Source of the DNA: an uncultured Actinomycetes bacterium
GTDB lineage: Bacteria; Actinomycetota; Thermoleophilia; UBA2241
Direction: 5' to 3'
Assembly: GCA_963755025.1 (NCBI GenBank)
Contig: CAVWIH010000012.1
Span: forward strand, 1-64,000
DNA: 64,000 nt
Part shown: piece after piece, positions 19,036 through 28,159 of the stretch
How the letters are laid out: each line of letters starts with the position of its first letter
How positions within the stretch are numbered: position 1 is the first letter of the stretch
Notes under the pieces: model-generated
Told to the model about the DNA's origin: nothing
Databases searched by the model: none
The model's input: the letters and a program-made list of their open reading frames with translations, nothing else
Made by a program: the position numbers and the translations under genes

Positions 19036-19899
19036 GTGTCGCGTAAAGGCTGGCTGCTGTTCTGCGCGCTGTGCGTCATCTGGGGGATCCCCTACCTGCT
19101 GATCCGCGTCGCGGTGCGCGAGCTCACGCCGGCGACCCTCGTCTTCTTGCGCACGGCGCCGGTCGCCGTGCTCATGGCGCCCTTCGCCCTGCGCCGCGGC
19201 CGCCTGCGGCCGCTGCTCTCCCGCTGGCGCTGGGTCGTGGGCTACACGCTCGTCGAGATCGCCGTGCCCTGGCTGCTGCTGGCGCACGCCGAGGAGCGGC
19301 TGTCGAGCTCGATCGCCGGCTTGCTGATCGCCGCCGTGCCGTTGCTGGGGGCGGTGGTCTACCGGCTTACCGGCACGGCCGAGCACCTCACCCGGCGGCG
19401 CCTCGCGGGGCTCGCCCTCGGCTTTGTCGGCGTCGCCGCCCTGGTCGGCTTCGACAGCGCCGGCGGCCACCAGCCGCGCGCCGTGGTCGAGGTCCTGATC
19501 GTGGCGCTCTGCTACGCCACGGGACCGCTCATCATCAGCCGGCGACTGGCCGACCTGCCCGGCCTGGGCGTGGTCGCCGCCTCGCTCGTCGTCAGCGCCG
19601 CGATCTACGCGCCGCTGGGAGTGAGCGAGTTTCCACCGTCGTTGTCGGGCGAGACGATCGCCGCCGTCGCCACGCTCGCCCTGGTCTGCACGGCGCTCGC
19701 CTTCGCCCTGTTCTTCGCCCTCATCGTCGAGGTGGGGCCGGCGCGCGCCACGGTGATCACCTACGTCAACCCACTGGTCGCGGTGCTGCTGGGCGTCGTG
19801 TTCCTGGCCGAGCCGCTGACGGCCGGCATCGCGATCGGGCTGCCGCTCATCCTCGGCGGCTCCGTCCTGGCCACCTCTCGCACCGGGCCAAAGGCTTGA
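19036..19899 (+). CDS. EamA/DMT-family transporter
   Basis: IWGIPYLLIRVAV, LVCTALAF.LFF.LI.EVGP.RATVITYVNPLVAV.LG...L.E; about 10 TM segments. Confidence 0.92.
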   Translation: MSRKGWLLFCALCVIWGIPYLLIRVAVRELTPATLVFLRTAPVAVLMAPFALRRGRLRPLLSRWRWVVGYTLVEIAVPWLLLAHAEERLSSSIAGLLIAAVPLLGAVVYRLTGTAEHLTRRRLAGLALGFVGVAALVGFDSAGGHQPRAVVEVLIVALCYATGPLIISRRLADLPGLGVVAASLVVSAAIYAPLGVSEFPPSLSGETIAAVATLALVCTALAFALFFALIVEVGPARATVITYVNPLVAVLLGVVFLAEPLTAGIAIGLPLILGGSVLATSRTGPKA

Positions 19900-19966
19900 C
19901 GACGTTGGTCACTGCGGCGACCATGGAGACAACGGATCGACGATTCGCTCTTCCCGGAGGCAACCT

Positions 19967-20470
19967 GTGATCGAAGACCTCTTCACACCGCAGCACCTCA
20001 TCATCCTGTTCGTGATCCTGTTCTTCCTGTTCGGCGCCAAGAAGCTGCCCGATCTGGGCAAGTCGCTGGGCCACGGCATCCGCGAGTTTCGCAGCGGGGT
20101 CTCCGGCCTCACCGACGAGTCCCCCGCCGGAGCGCTGACGCCGGCCGACGATCAGGCCGTTGTGGCCGCCGGCACGACCGAAGTCGAGGCCGGCACGACA
20201 GACGTCGAGGCGGGCACGGCCGAAGTCGCACCCGAGACGATCGTCGCCGAGGCAGCCATACCCGCCACCGCCGAGGCCAGCGCATCGGCCGCCGACGCAA
20301 GCGCGCCGGCCACGGCCGAGCCGAGCGCCGCAGCGACCGACCCGGCGCTCGACGACGCCGGCATCGAAGATGCCGACTACACCGAGCTCGACGGTGACGT
20401 CACGAGCGAGGTCGTGGGCGAGATGAGCGCGGCCGAGGGCGCGGTGGCCACGCCGGGTCCGCAGGCCTAG
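19967..20470 (+). CDS. tatA: Twin-arginine translocase TatA/E subunit with long acidic tail
   Basis: HLIILFVILFFLFGAKKLPDLGKSLGHGIREFR; GGAGG RBS; tail contains three imperfect 21-nt repeats (AGTTEVE). Confidence 0.92.
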   Translation: MIEDLFTPQHLIILFVILFFLFGAKKLPDLGKSLGHGIREFRSGVSGLTDESPAGALTPADDQAVVAAGTTEVEAGTTDVEAGTAEVAPETIVAEAAIPATAEASASAADASAPATAEPSAAATDPALDDAGIEDADYTELDGDVTSEVVGEMSAAEGAVATPGPQA

Positions 20471-20515
20471 CGCGAGGCGACGGGCCGCCCTCGCACGTCC
20501 GACCCGGTCGCGGGC

Positions 20516-20878
20516 TTACGCCCGCTGCGCCTCGACGGCCGCCTCGCGCGTGGGGTACACGGCAAAGACGGTATCGAGCCCGGTGATCTCGAGGATGCGA
20601 CGGATCTTTTCGTCGGGGCAGCCGATGGCCAGTCTGCCGGCCGTCTGCTGCAAGCGCTTGCCGCCGCTGACCAGCACGCCCAGGGCCGTCGAGTCGATGA
20701 AGCTCACGTCGGTCAGGTCGATCACGACGTGCTCGGCGCCGTCGTCGATGGACTGCAGCAGGACCTCGCGAAAGCGCGGCGCGGTGTACAGGTCGACCTC
20801 GCCGGCCAGGATGACGACGGCCACGTCGTCGGTCGGCCGTTCGAGTGTCACCGCGAACTGCTGTCCGTCAGCCATCAT
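20516..20878 (-). CDS. STAS-domain anti-sigma-factor antagonist (RsbV/SpoIIAA-like)
   Basis: GEVDLYTAP.FRE.L...VVIDLTDVSFIDSTALGVLV...RRILEITGL, including the phospho-acceptor Ser of FIDS. Confidence 0.93.
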   Translation of the reverse strand: MMADGQQFAVTLERPTDDVAVVILAGEVDLYTAPRFREVLLQSIDDGAEHVVIDLTDVSFIDSTALGVLVSGGKRLQQTAGRLAIGCPDEKIRRILEITGLDTVFAVYPTREAAVEAQRA

Positions 20879-21120
20879 GCCTTCCCTTCGCGAGAGCCCG
20901 GTGTCGGCGGCCGTCCGCCCGGCGACGTGCACCGGACGGCCGACTCGTCTGGCTCATATTTTCCTGTTTTGAGTGTGTATACGTCAAATCAATCCCGTTG
21001 GTACGAGCGGCGTCGAAGCGCCTCGGCACGGGCGCCGAGAGCAACGGCGGCGGCGCTCCCGGGGCGCGACGAAGGCACATAGAATACTGCCCAGTCCTCC
21101 ACCATCGCACCGGGAGACCT

Positions 21121-24100
21121 GTGTCGCCGTCCCACCGAGTGTCCGCGGCATCGCCGCCACGACTTGAGTTCAGGATCCCCTCGGCGGGGGCTCATCTGCT
21201 GCGCGCCCGCGAGCGCCTGCGCGACTACCTCGGCTTGTACTGCGACGAGCGCGAGGTGGTCGACGACGTCGTGCTCTGCGTCGAAGAGGCGTGCACGAAC
21301 GCCATCCGCCACAGCGGCTCGCGCGACGACATCACGATCGCCCTCGAGTTCTCCGACGGCCACCTCGTCGCGCTCGTCCGCGACCGCGGCTGCGGCTTTG
21401 CCACCGCCCGCTTCGAACCGGCCCTGCCCGAGCTCATGGACGACCACGGCCGCGGCCTCTATATCATCGCCAGCCTCATGGACGACCTCGAGCTCTCCTG
21501 CGACGGCGGCTGCCAGGTGCGCATGACGCGGCGCGTCGCGCCGCGCGGCACCGTGCCGCCCATCGAAAGCGGTCTCGGCGAGGTGCGCGCCGGCGACGGC
21601 CCGGGGCAGCGCGCGACCCGCCTGCGCGCCATGCTCGAAGAGATCGACGAGGCCTTCGCCGCCTTCGACTGGGAGTATCGCTGCGTGCACGCCAACGGCA
21701 CTGCGCTGCAGCTCGCCGGCAAGTCGCTCGACGAACTGCTCGGCCGGCAGCCCTGGGAGCTGTTCCCGGCGCTGGCCGGCAGCGCCCTCGAGCGCGCCTA
21801 CCGCGACGCCATGGAGCTCGGCAAGTCGCGCACGATCGAGCACTGCTCGTCGACAAGCGGCGACTGGCTCGAGGTCCGCATCTACCCCACCGCGGCGGGG
21901 GTGAGCTCCTACTACCGCGGCATCAACGAGCGCAAGCGCACCGAGCGCGACCTCGAACGTCTGCTCGAAGCCTACGAACGCGAGCTCTCGCGCAGCACGC
22001 TGCTGCGCGACGTGGCGCGCGCCGCCGCGAGCTCGCTGGGCCTGAGCGAGATCTGTCAGCGCGTGCTCGAGCAGATCCACCTGCACGCCGACTTGCGCGC
22101 GGCGGCCATCTACGCCGCCGACTGGCCGGCCGGCACGCTGCACGCCCTGGCGCTGTTCGGCTACACCGACGCCGTCGCGGCCGGCCTCCGCGAGTTGCCC
22201 ATCAGCGCCCTGACCGACTGTGGCCGGCTCGTGCTCGAGGGTCTGCCCGAGATCGTCGGCGGGCGCGACGAGGCCCACGTGGCGTCCTCCCAGAGCGACG
22301 CCACGGCGACCGCGCCGGCCACGCTCTCGCTGCCGATCTGCCATCAGGACGAGACGCTCGGAGCCCTGACGCTGCGCTACGCGGCGCAGGGCGGCCGCGG
22401 TCCCGAGAGCGTCGAGCTGTACCGCGGCGTGGCGGCGATCCTCGGCAGCGCCATGGCCAACGCCCGCAGCTACCAGGTCGAGGTCGAGGCGCAGGAGGCG
22501 CTGCGCCGCTACAAGCTGCTGGCCGACGAGGCGCGCGACGCCATGCTCTTCGTGCGCCGCCGCGACGGCCGCATCCTCGAGGCCAATCGCGCCGCCGAGT
22601 CGATGTACGGCCACACCCGCGACGAGCTGCTCGCCCTGTCCATCCACGACTTGCGCGCCGCCGAGACCGCGACCCGGACCGTAGGTCAAATGGCTGAGGC
22701 TGCGAGCGACGGGATCCTCTTCGAGACGTGGCATCGCCGCCGCGACGGCTCGACGTTCCCGGTCGAGGTCAGCTCGCGCGGCACGGCCACCAAAGACGGC
22801 GAGGTCATGCTGCTCAGCATCATCCGCGACATCAGCCGCCGCCTGCAGGCCGAGCAGGCGCTGCGCGACAGCGAGGACCGCTACCGCGGCCTGGTCGACC
22901 TGAGCCCCGAGGCTATCCTCGTGCACGCCGAGGGCCGCATCGTCTTCGTCAACCCGGCGGCCGTCGCCCTGCTCGGCGCCGCCACACCCGACGAGCTGAT
23001 CGGCATACCTGTCCTCGACACCATCCACCCAGACGAACGCGAGGCCGTCGTGGCCCGCGTCGAGCACGCCCGGCAGGGCGGGGTCACGCCCCTGGTCCGC
23101 CGGCGCTGGTTGCGCCTCGACGGCCTTGTCGTCGACACCGAGGTGACGGGCGCCGGGGTCGAGTTCGACGGCAAGCCCGCGGTGCAGGTCGTGGCGCGCG
23201 ACGTGGGCGCACGCATGCGCGCCGAAGCGGCCGCGGCGGCCGAGCTCGGCTTCACCAACACCCTGCTGCGCGCCGTCGAAGCGCTGTCGTCGTCGATGCA
23301 GATCGACACGGTGCTCGACCGCCTCGCCGGACTGCTCCTCGAAGCGGTCGGCGCCGGGCGGCTCGCTGTGCTCCTGTGGGACGACGAAAGCGGCGAGCTC
23401 TCCGTGGCCCTGTCAAAGGGCGGCGCCTCGTTTGCCGTGGGCACCACCTGGCCACGACAGGGCGCGCCCGGCAGCCCGGTGGTGCGGCGCCTCGTAGCTG
23501 CGCCCGTGGCGCAGACCATCGACTTCGAGGCTGCCGACATGCCACACGCCGTCCGCGAGACCGCCGCGCGCATCGGCCTGCGACTGGCGCTGACCCTGCC
23601 CATCACGGCCGGCGCCGAGCTGCTCGGCTACGTCGCCCTCGACGAGCGCGACGCGCGCCGCGAGTTCAGCGCGCGCGAATGCCGCCTCGCCGAGGCGATC
23701 TGCGACCAGGCGTCGGTGGCCCTCGACAACGCCCGCCTCTACGAGCAGGAGCACGACGTCGCCCAATCGTTGCGCGGCGCCCTGCTCAAGCTGCCCGAGA
23801 CCGTCTCGGGCCTGTCCTACGCCCACCACTACCGGGCGGCGGTGCGACCGGCCATGGTCGGCGGCGATTTCTACGACCTCTTCGAGCTCGACCACGGCCT
23901 GCTGGGCATCGTGGTCGGCGACATCTCGGGCAAGGGCCTCCCGGCGGCGGTCCTCACGAGCCTCGTGAAGAACACGATCCGCGCCCACGCCACAGAGAAG
24001 GGCAAGACGCCGGCCGAGGTCGTCTCGCTGACGAACACGGTGCTCGTGCGCGAGACCGCCACCGAGACCTTCGCCACGGTCTTCTTCGGCATGCTCGACC

Positions 24101-24504
24101 GCCGCGACGGCCGCCTGATCTACTGCAACGCCGGGCACCCGGCGAGCGTCGTGGTCCGCCCCGGCGGCGACGTCGCGGCGCTGCCCGCCACCTCGCCGCT
24201 GATCGGCGCCTTCGCCGACTTCGCCTTTCGCAACGCCGAGGCGCACCTGTCGTGCGACGACGTGCTGTTCCTCTACACCGACGGCCTGACCGACGCCCGC
24301 GACGGCGGCCGGCTGTTCGGTGAGGAACGACTCTTCGAAGTGATCGGCGACTCGTGCCGCGCCACGCCCGCCGAGATGGTCACGCGCGTCGTTGAGCGCG
24401 TCGTCGAGTTCGCCGGCGACGGGCTGCGCGACGACCTCGCGGTGCTTGCCCTGCAGCGCCACGAGCCGCCGGGCCCCAGCCAGCAGAAGCTGCGGTTCGA
24501 CTAG
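21121..24504 (+). CDS. RsbW-like HATPase - PAS - GAF - PAS - PAS - GAF - PP2C (SpoIIE) multidomain regulator
   Basis: EEACTNAIRH, VRDRGCGF, HGRGLYII at the N-terminus; VGGDFYD, GDISGKG, NAGHP, LYTDGL, DDLAVL at the C-terminus; TAGAAT -10 box and GGGAG RBS. Confidence 0.92.
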   Translation: MSPSHRVSAASPPRLEFRIPSAGAHLLRARERLRDYLGLYCDEREVVDDVVLCVEEACTNAIRHSGSRDDITIALEFSDGHLVALVRDRGCGFATARFEPALPELMDDHGRGLYIIASLMDDLELSCDGGCQVRMTRRVAPRGTVPPIESGLGEVRAGDGPGQRATRLRAMLEEIDEAFAAFDWEYRCVHANGTALQLAGKSLDELLGRQPWELFPALAGSALERAYRDAMELGKSRTIEHCSSTSGDWLEVRIYPTAAGVSSYYRGINERKRTERDLERLLEAYERELSRSTLLRDVARAAASSLGLSEICQRVLEQIHLHADLRAAAIYAADWPAGTLHALALFGYTDAVAAGLRELPISALTDCGRLVLEGLPEIVGGRDEAHVASSQSDATATAPATLSLPICHQDETLGALTLRYAAQGGRGPESVELYRGVAAILGSAMANARSYQVEVEAQEALRRYKLLADEARDAMLFVRRRDGRILEANRAAESMYGHTRDELLALSIHDLRAAETATRTVGQMAEAASDGILFETWHRRRDGSTFPVEVSSRGTATKDGEVMLLSIIRDISRRLQAEQALRDSEDRYRGLVDLSPEAILVHAEGRIVFVNPAAVALLGAATPDELIGIPVLDTIHPDEREAVVARVEHARQGGVTPLVRRRWLRLDGLVVDTEVTGAGVEFDGKPAVQVVARDVGARMRAEAAAAAELGFTNTLLRAVEALSSSMQIDTVLDRLAGLLLEAVGAGRLAVLLWDDESGELSVALSKGGASFAVGTTWPRQGAPGSPVVRRLVAAPVAQTIDFEAADMPHAVRETAARIGLRLALTLPITAGAELLGYVALDERDARREFSARECRLAEAICDQASVALDNARLYEQEHDVAQSLRGALLKLPETVSGLSYAHHYRAAVRPAMVGGDFYDLFELDHGLLGIVVGDISGKGLPAAVLTSLVKNTIRAHATEKGKTPAEVVSLTNTVLVRETATETFATVFFGMLDRRDGRLIYCNAGHPASVVVRPGGDVAALPATSPLIGAFADFAFRNAEAHLSCDDVLFLYTDGLTDARDGGRLFGEERLFEVIGDSCRATPAEMVTRVVERVVEFAGDGLRDDLAVLALQRHEPPGPSQQKLRFD

Positions 24505-24510
24505 CGGCCG

Positions 24511-25107
24511 TCAGCGCCGTGCGTCGGCCATGGCGCGCGGCAGGGCGACGGCGGCCCGCACGAAGTCGCGCCGCGAACGCCCCAGCGCCTCGTGCAGGGC
24601 GGCCGTGGCCCGCGGTCCGTGCAGGGCGGTGCCGTGGCCCACCAGCAGGTGCTCGGGCTCGAACGGCGACAGGCGGCGCGGCGGCCACAGCCGCAGCCCG
24701 ATATGCACGCCGGCGCCCATGCGACCGGGCGCGTAGAACGAGGCGGTGCCGATCGCCTCGGCGACGACCAGCACCCGGGGCTCGGGCCACCACAGGGCGA
24801 CTTCGTTCCAGAACCGATTGGCCACGAGTCCGACGACCTCGAACGGCGAGTCGGGCACCGCGGCCGGCACGCGGAGGTGCGGCACGCCGAGCCGTTCGGC
24901 CACCGCCGCGCACCCGCGACCGTGGCGGTCGAGCAGCTGCAGGACGGCCGCCGGACGACGGCGCGCCAAGGCGCGCTCGAGCGCGGCGGGTTCGTCGGTC
25001 GGGTCGATCAGCCAGACGCGGTCGGCGTCGACCAGGGCGTGCGAGGTGCGCACCGCCGGTTCGTCGAGCACCCAGGTGAGTCCGAAGGCGCTCTCTTCGA
25101 GCAGCAC
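24511..25107 (-). CDS. Hypothetical protein, probable degenerate metallo-beta-lactamase fold
   Basis: SHALV....VWLIDP, LQLLDRHGR, HLLVGHG. Start moved to GTG at 25107 because the small upstream gene ends at 25113. Confidence 0.65.
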   Translation of the reverse strand: MLLEESAFGLTWVLDEPAVRTSHALVDADRVWLIDPTDEPAALERALARRRPAAVLQLLDRHGRGCAAVAERLGVPHLRVPAAVPDSPFEVVGLVANRFWNEVALWWPEPRVLVVAEAIGTASFYAPGRMGAGVHIGLRLWPPRRLSPFEPEHLLVGHGTALHGPRATAALHEALGRSRRDFVRAAVALPRAMADARR

Positions 25108-25112
25108 TCCGG

Positions 25113-25268
25113 TCAGGCCTTGAGCACGAGCGGCTTGCCGCAGCACGACACGGGCTCGGCGCATGAGCACGCCCCCGTGTCGCCGCAGGAGCTCTTGACC
25201 TCGATCTCGAGCCCGCACGTCTCGCAGCGGTAGACCTCGCCGGCTTTCATCTCGTGACAGTGAGCCAT
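25113..25268 (-). CDS. 51-aa cysteine-rich desulforedoxin-like protein (absent from ORF track)
   Basis: AAAGGAG RBS, then MAHCHEMKAGEVYRCETCGLEIEVKSSCGDTGACSCAEPVSCCGKPLVLKA*. Confidence 0.85.
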   Translation of the reverse strand: MAHCHEMKAGEVYRCETCGLEIEVKSSCGDTGACSCAEPVSCCGKPLVLKA

Positions 25269-25284
25269 CACGTCTCCTTTGTCT

Positions 25285-26443
25285 CTAACGCCCGGCGGCG
25301 ATGAACCGCAGGGCGCGCTGCAGCGCCAGGTCGACCTTGCTGGTGGACGGCTGCGCCACGACGATGTCGGGTTCGATGCCCTTGTGGTTGATGTTGCGTC
25401 CGTGCGGCGTGAGGTAGGCGGCGATCGTGATCTTCAGGCTGGCTCCGCCGCGCAGCGGCAGGACCGTCTGCACGACCCCCTTGCCGAAGGTCCTGGTGCC
25501 GATCACGGTGGCGCGCCCGTAGTCCTGCAGGGCGCCGGTGACGATCTCGGAGGCGCTGGCCGTGTTGCCGTTGACGAGCAGGACGAGGGGCAGGCTGGTG
25601 GGGTGGCCGCCGTTGGTCTTGAGCACGGTGCGTGGCGCGTGCAAGCCCTGGGTGGTCACGACCACCTTGCCGGCCGGCAGAAAGTCGTCGGCCACGTTGA
25701 CGGCCTCGTCGACCAGTCCGCCGCCGTTGTCGCGCAGGTCGAAGATCAGCGACTGCGCGCCGCGCTTCTGCAGGGACGCGATCGCCGTCCCCACCTGCTG
25801 CCCGGCGCCCTGGGCGAACGCGGCCAGCGATACGTAGCCCACCTTGACGCCGTGGTCGTTCACCAGGCGCGAGCTGGTGAGCGGCCGCGAGATCTTGCTG
25901 CGCGTGAGGGTCAGGTCGATGAGGCTCGCCACGCCCGTGCGCCGCAGCTGGAGCCGCACCTGCGTCCCGGCCGGGCCCACGATGCGCGCCACGACGGAGT
26001 CGACCGACTTGCCGGCCGTCGAGGCGCCGTCGACCGCCATGATGACCTCGCCCGGCACGATGCCGGCGCGGGCCGCCGGCGACCCCGGGAACACCTGGAT
26101 CACGACCGGCCGGCCGGCCTTTGTGTCGACCGCGGTGCCGATCCCCGTATAGCTGCCGCTGAGCTCCTGGCTGAACGCCTGGGATTCGGCCTTCGTGAAG
26201 TACACGGTGTAGGGGTCGTGCAGACGGCGAAAGCAGGCCGGTGATGCCCGCCTGGCCGAGCTTGGCGGTGTCGATGGGGCGGTAGTAGTCGCGCTGCAGG
26301 TCCTGCAGGACCTGCCGGTAGAGGGCGGTCTGGCCGTTCACGCCCGCAGTCGTGCCGCCGCGGTTCAGCAGCGTGGCCAAGCCGAAGCCCGCCACGAACG
26401 CGAGCACGATGACGAGGACGGGGAGCAGTCTTCTGGTGCGCAT
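25285..26443 (-). CDS. S41 carboxyl-terminal processing protease (PDZ plus peptidase); frameshift near 26228
   Basis: N-terminal TM helix; L.DPYT.Y; GSPAARAGI..G; DLRDNGGG; TASASEI; RTFGKG.VQ; GIEPD. Confidence 0.93.
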
Positions 26444-26450
26444 GGCCCCG

Positions 26451-26456
26451 ATAGTA
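26451..26456 (-). promoter_or_regulatory. -10 box of a probable leaderless transcript (S41 protease)
   Basis: TACTAT, 7 nt, then ATG; no SD sequence. Confidence 0.6.
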
Positions 26457-26491
26457 CCCGCTCGCACCGCGGTCTGGAGCGGTATCTTCCG

Positions 26492-28023
26492 CTAGCGCCG
26501 CGGGCGCGGCGCGGCGAAGCGCGACGCCGCAAACCCGATCAGGGCATCGAGGCGGTCGAGGTCGAGGTTGGCCTCGACGTGGTCGGCGAGGCGCTCGAAG
26601 TCTGACCCGTACGCGGCCGGCGGCCGCGCCGGCAGACCGGCGGCCGCCCGCAGACGGTCGAGGAACCCGGCGCGAAAAGCGGGCGCGTCGAACAGGCCGT
26701 GCAGATAGGTGCCGCAGACCCGTCCGTCGGCGGAGACGGCGCCGTCGGGGTGCGCCCTCCCCGCCGCGCCGCCGCCCGCAGGCGCGCGAAGGGGCGCACT
26801 CCGGGCGAGAGGTGCGTGCGCCCCATGTGGATCTCGTAGCCGCGCAGCGGCGCCGGCAGGAGCGAGCGCGCCGCCGTCGGTCAGGCCGCTCGCCCGGACG
26901 GTGCGCTTCGCGGCGGCGAAGGTCGTCTCGACGTCGAGCAGGCCGAGCCCCGCCGTCTGCGGCGCGGCCGACTCGACCGCGCCGGGGTCGAGGATGCGGC
27001 GGCCGAGCATCTGGTAGCCGCCGCAGATGCCGATCACCGGCACGCCGCGCGGCGGCGGCTGCGCGAGCGCGGCCGCGAGGCCGCGCTCGCGCAGCCAGGC
27101 CAGGTCGGCCACCGTGCCTTGGTGCCCGGCAGCACGACGGCGGTCGCGCCCGAGAGGCCGCCGGGCCGTCGACGAACTCGACGGCCACGTCGGGCTCTGC
27201 GGCGAGCGCGTCGAAGTCGGTGGTGTTGCTCAGGAAAGGCAGGCGCACCACGGCGATGCGCAGCGGCCGCCCGGTCGGCCGGCGGCGCTGGTCGTCGAGG
27301 GCCACCGAGTCCTCCTCGTCGCCGCGCCAGCCCTCGAGCCAGGGCACGACGCCGAGCGTCGGCACGCCGGTGCGCTCCTCGAGAAGCTCGAGGCCGGGAG
27401 TGAGGTGGGCGGCGTCGCCGCGGAACTTGTTGACCACGAAGCCACCGACCAGGGCGCGCTCGGGCGCGGTGAACAGCTCCATGTGACCGAGCAGCGCGGC
27501 GAAGACGCCGCCGCGGTCGATGTCGCCGACCAGCAGCACCGGGGCGCCGGCGTGCCGCGCGACGCGCATGTTGACGATGTCGGAGTCGCGCAGGTTGATC
27601 TCGGCCGAGCTGCCGGCGCCCTCGATGACGACGAGCTCGCTGGGCGCCCCGCAGGCGAGCCAGCGCCGCGGTGACGAGCGGCCAGACCTCGGCCTGATAG
27701 GCGTGGTAGTCGGCGACCGACAGCTCGCCGACCGGTCGGCCCATGACGACCACCTGACTGGCGCTGCGGGTGGACGGTTTGAGCAGCACGGGGTTCATGT
27801 CGACGTGCGGCTCGATGCCGGCGGCGGCGGCCTGAAAGACCTGGGCGCGGCCCATCTCGTCGCCGGCCGCGGTGACCGCCGAGTTCAGCGCCATGTTCTG
27901 TGCCTTGAACGGCGCGACCGACAAGCCGCGGCGCGCGTAGATACGGCACAGGGCGGCCGTCAGCACCGTCTTGCCCACATGCGAGGCGGTGCCCTGGAGC
28001 ATGATGACGCGGCCGGGTCTCAC
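26492..28023 (-). CDS. cobQ: Cobyric acid synthase, multiply frameshifted (assembly error or pseudogene)
   Basis: [57 protein letters not shown]-like [34 protein letters not shown], spread over all three frames. Confidence 0.92.
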
Positions 28024-28029
28024 CGCACC

Positions 28030-28035
28030 ACTGTA
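28030..28035 (-). promoter_or_regulatory. -10 box of a probable leaderless cobQ transcript
   Basis: TACAGT, 6 nt, then GTG; no SD sequence. Confidence 0.55.
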
Positions 28036-28159
28036 TCGCAGCGGCGCCGTTCGGCACGACCGGCCGGGCGCTGGCTATACTTGGCCGTGGGCCGGCCCAC
28101 GAGCCGCAGCGGCAGTCCGGGGCCAGTCCCGCCGTCGCACACACCAAGCAAGGAGTCCT

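Noticed and set aside
28024-28159. Cobalamin riboswitch upstream of cobQ
   Set aside because: No B12-box or conserved core seen, and the -10 box abuts the start codon.
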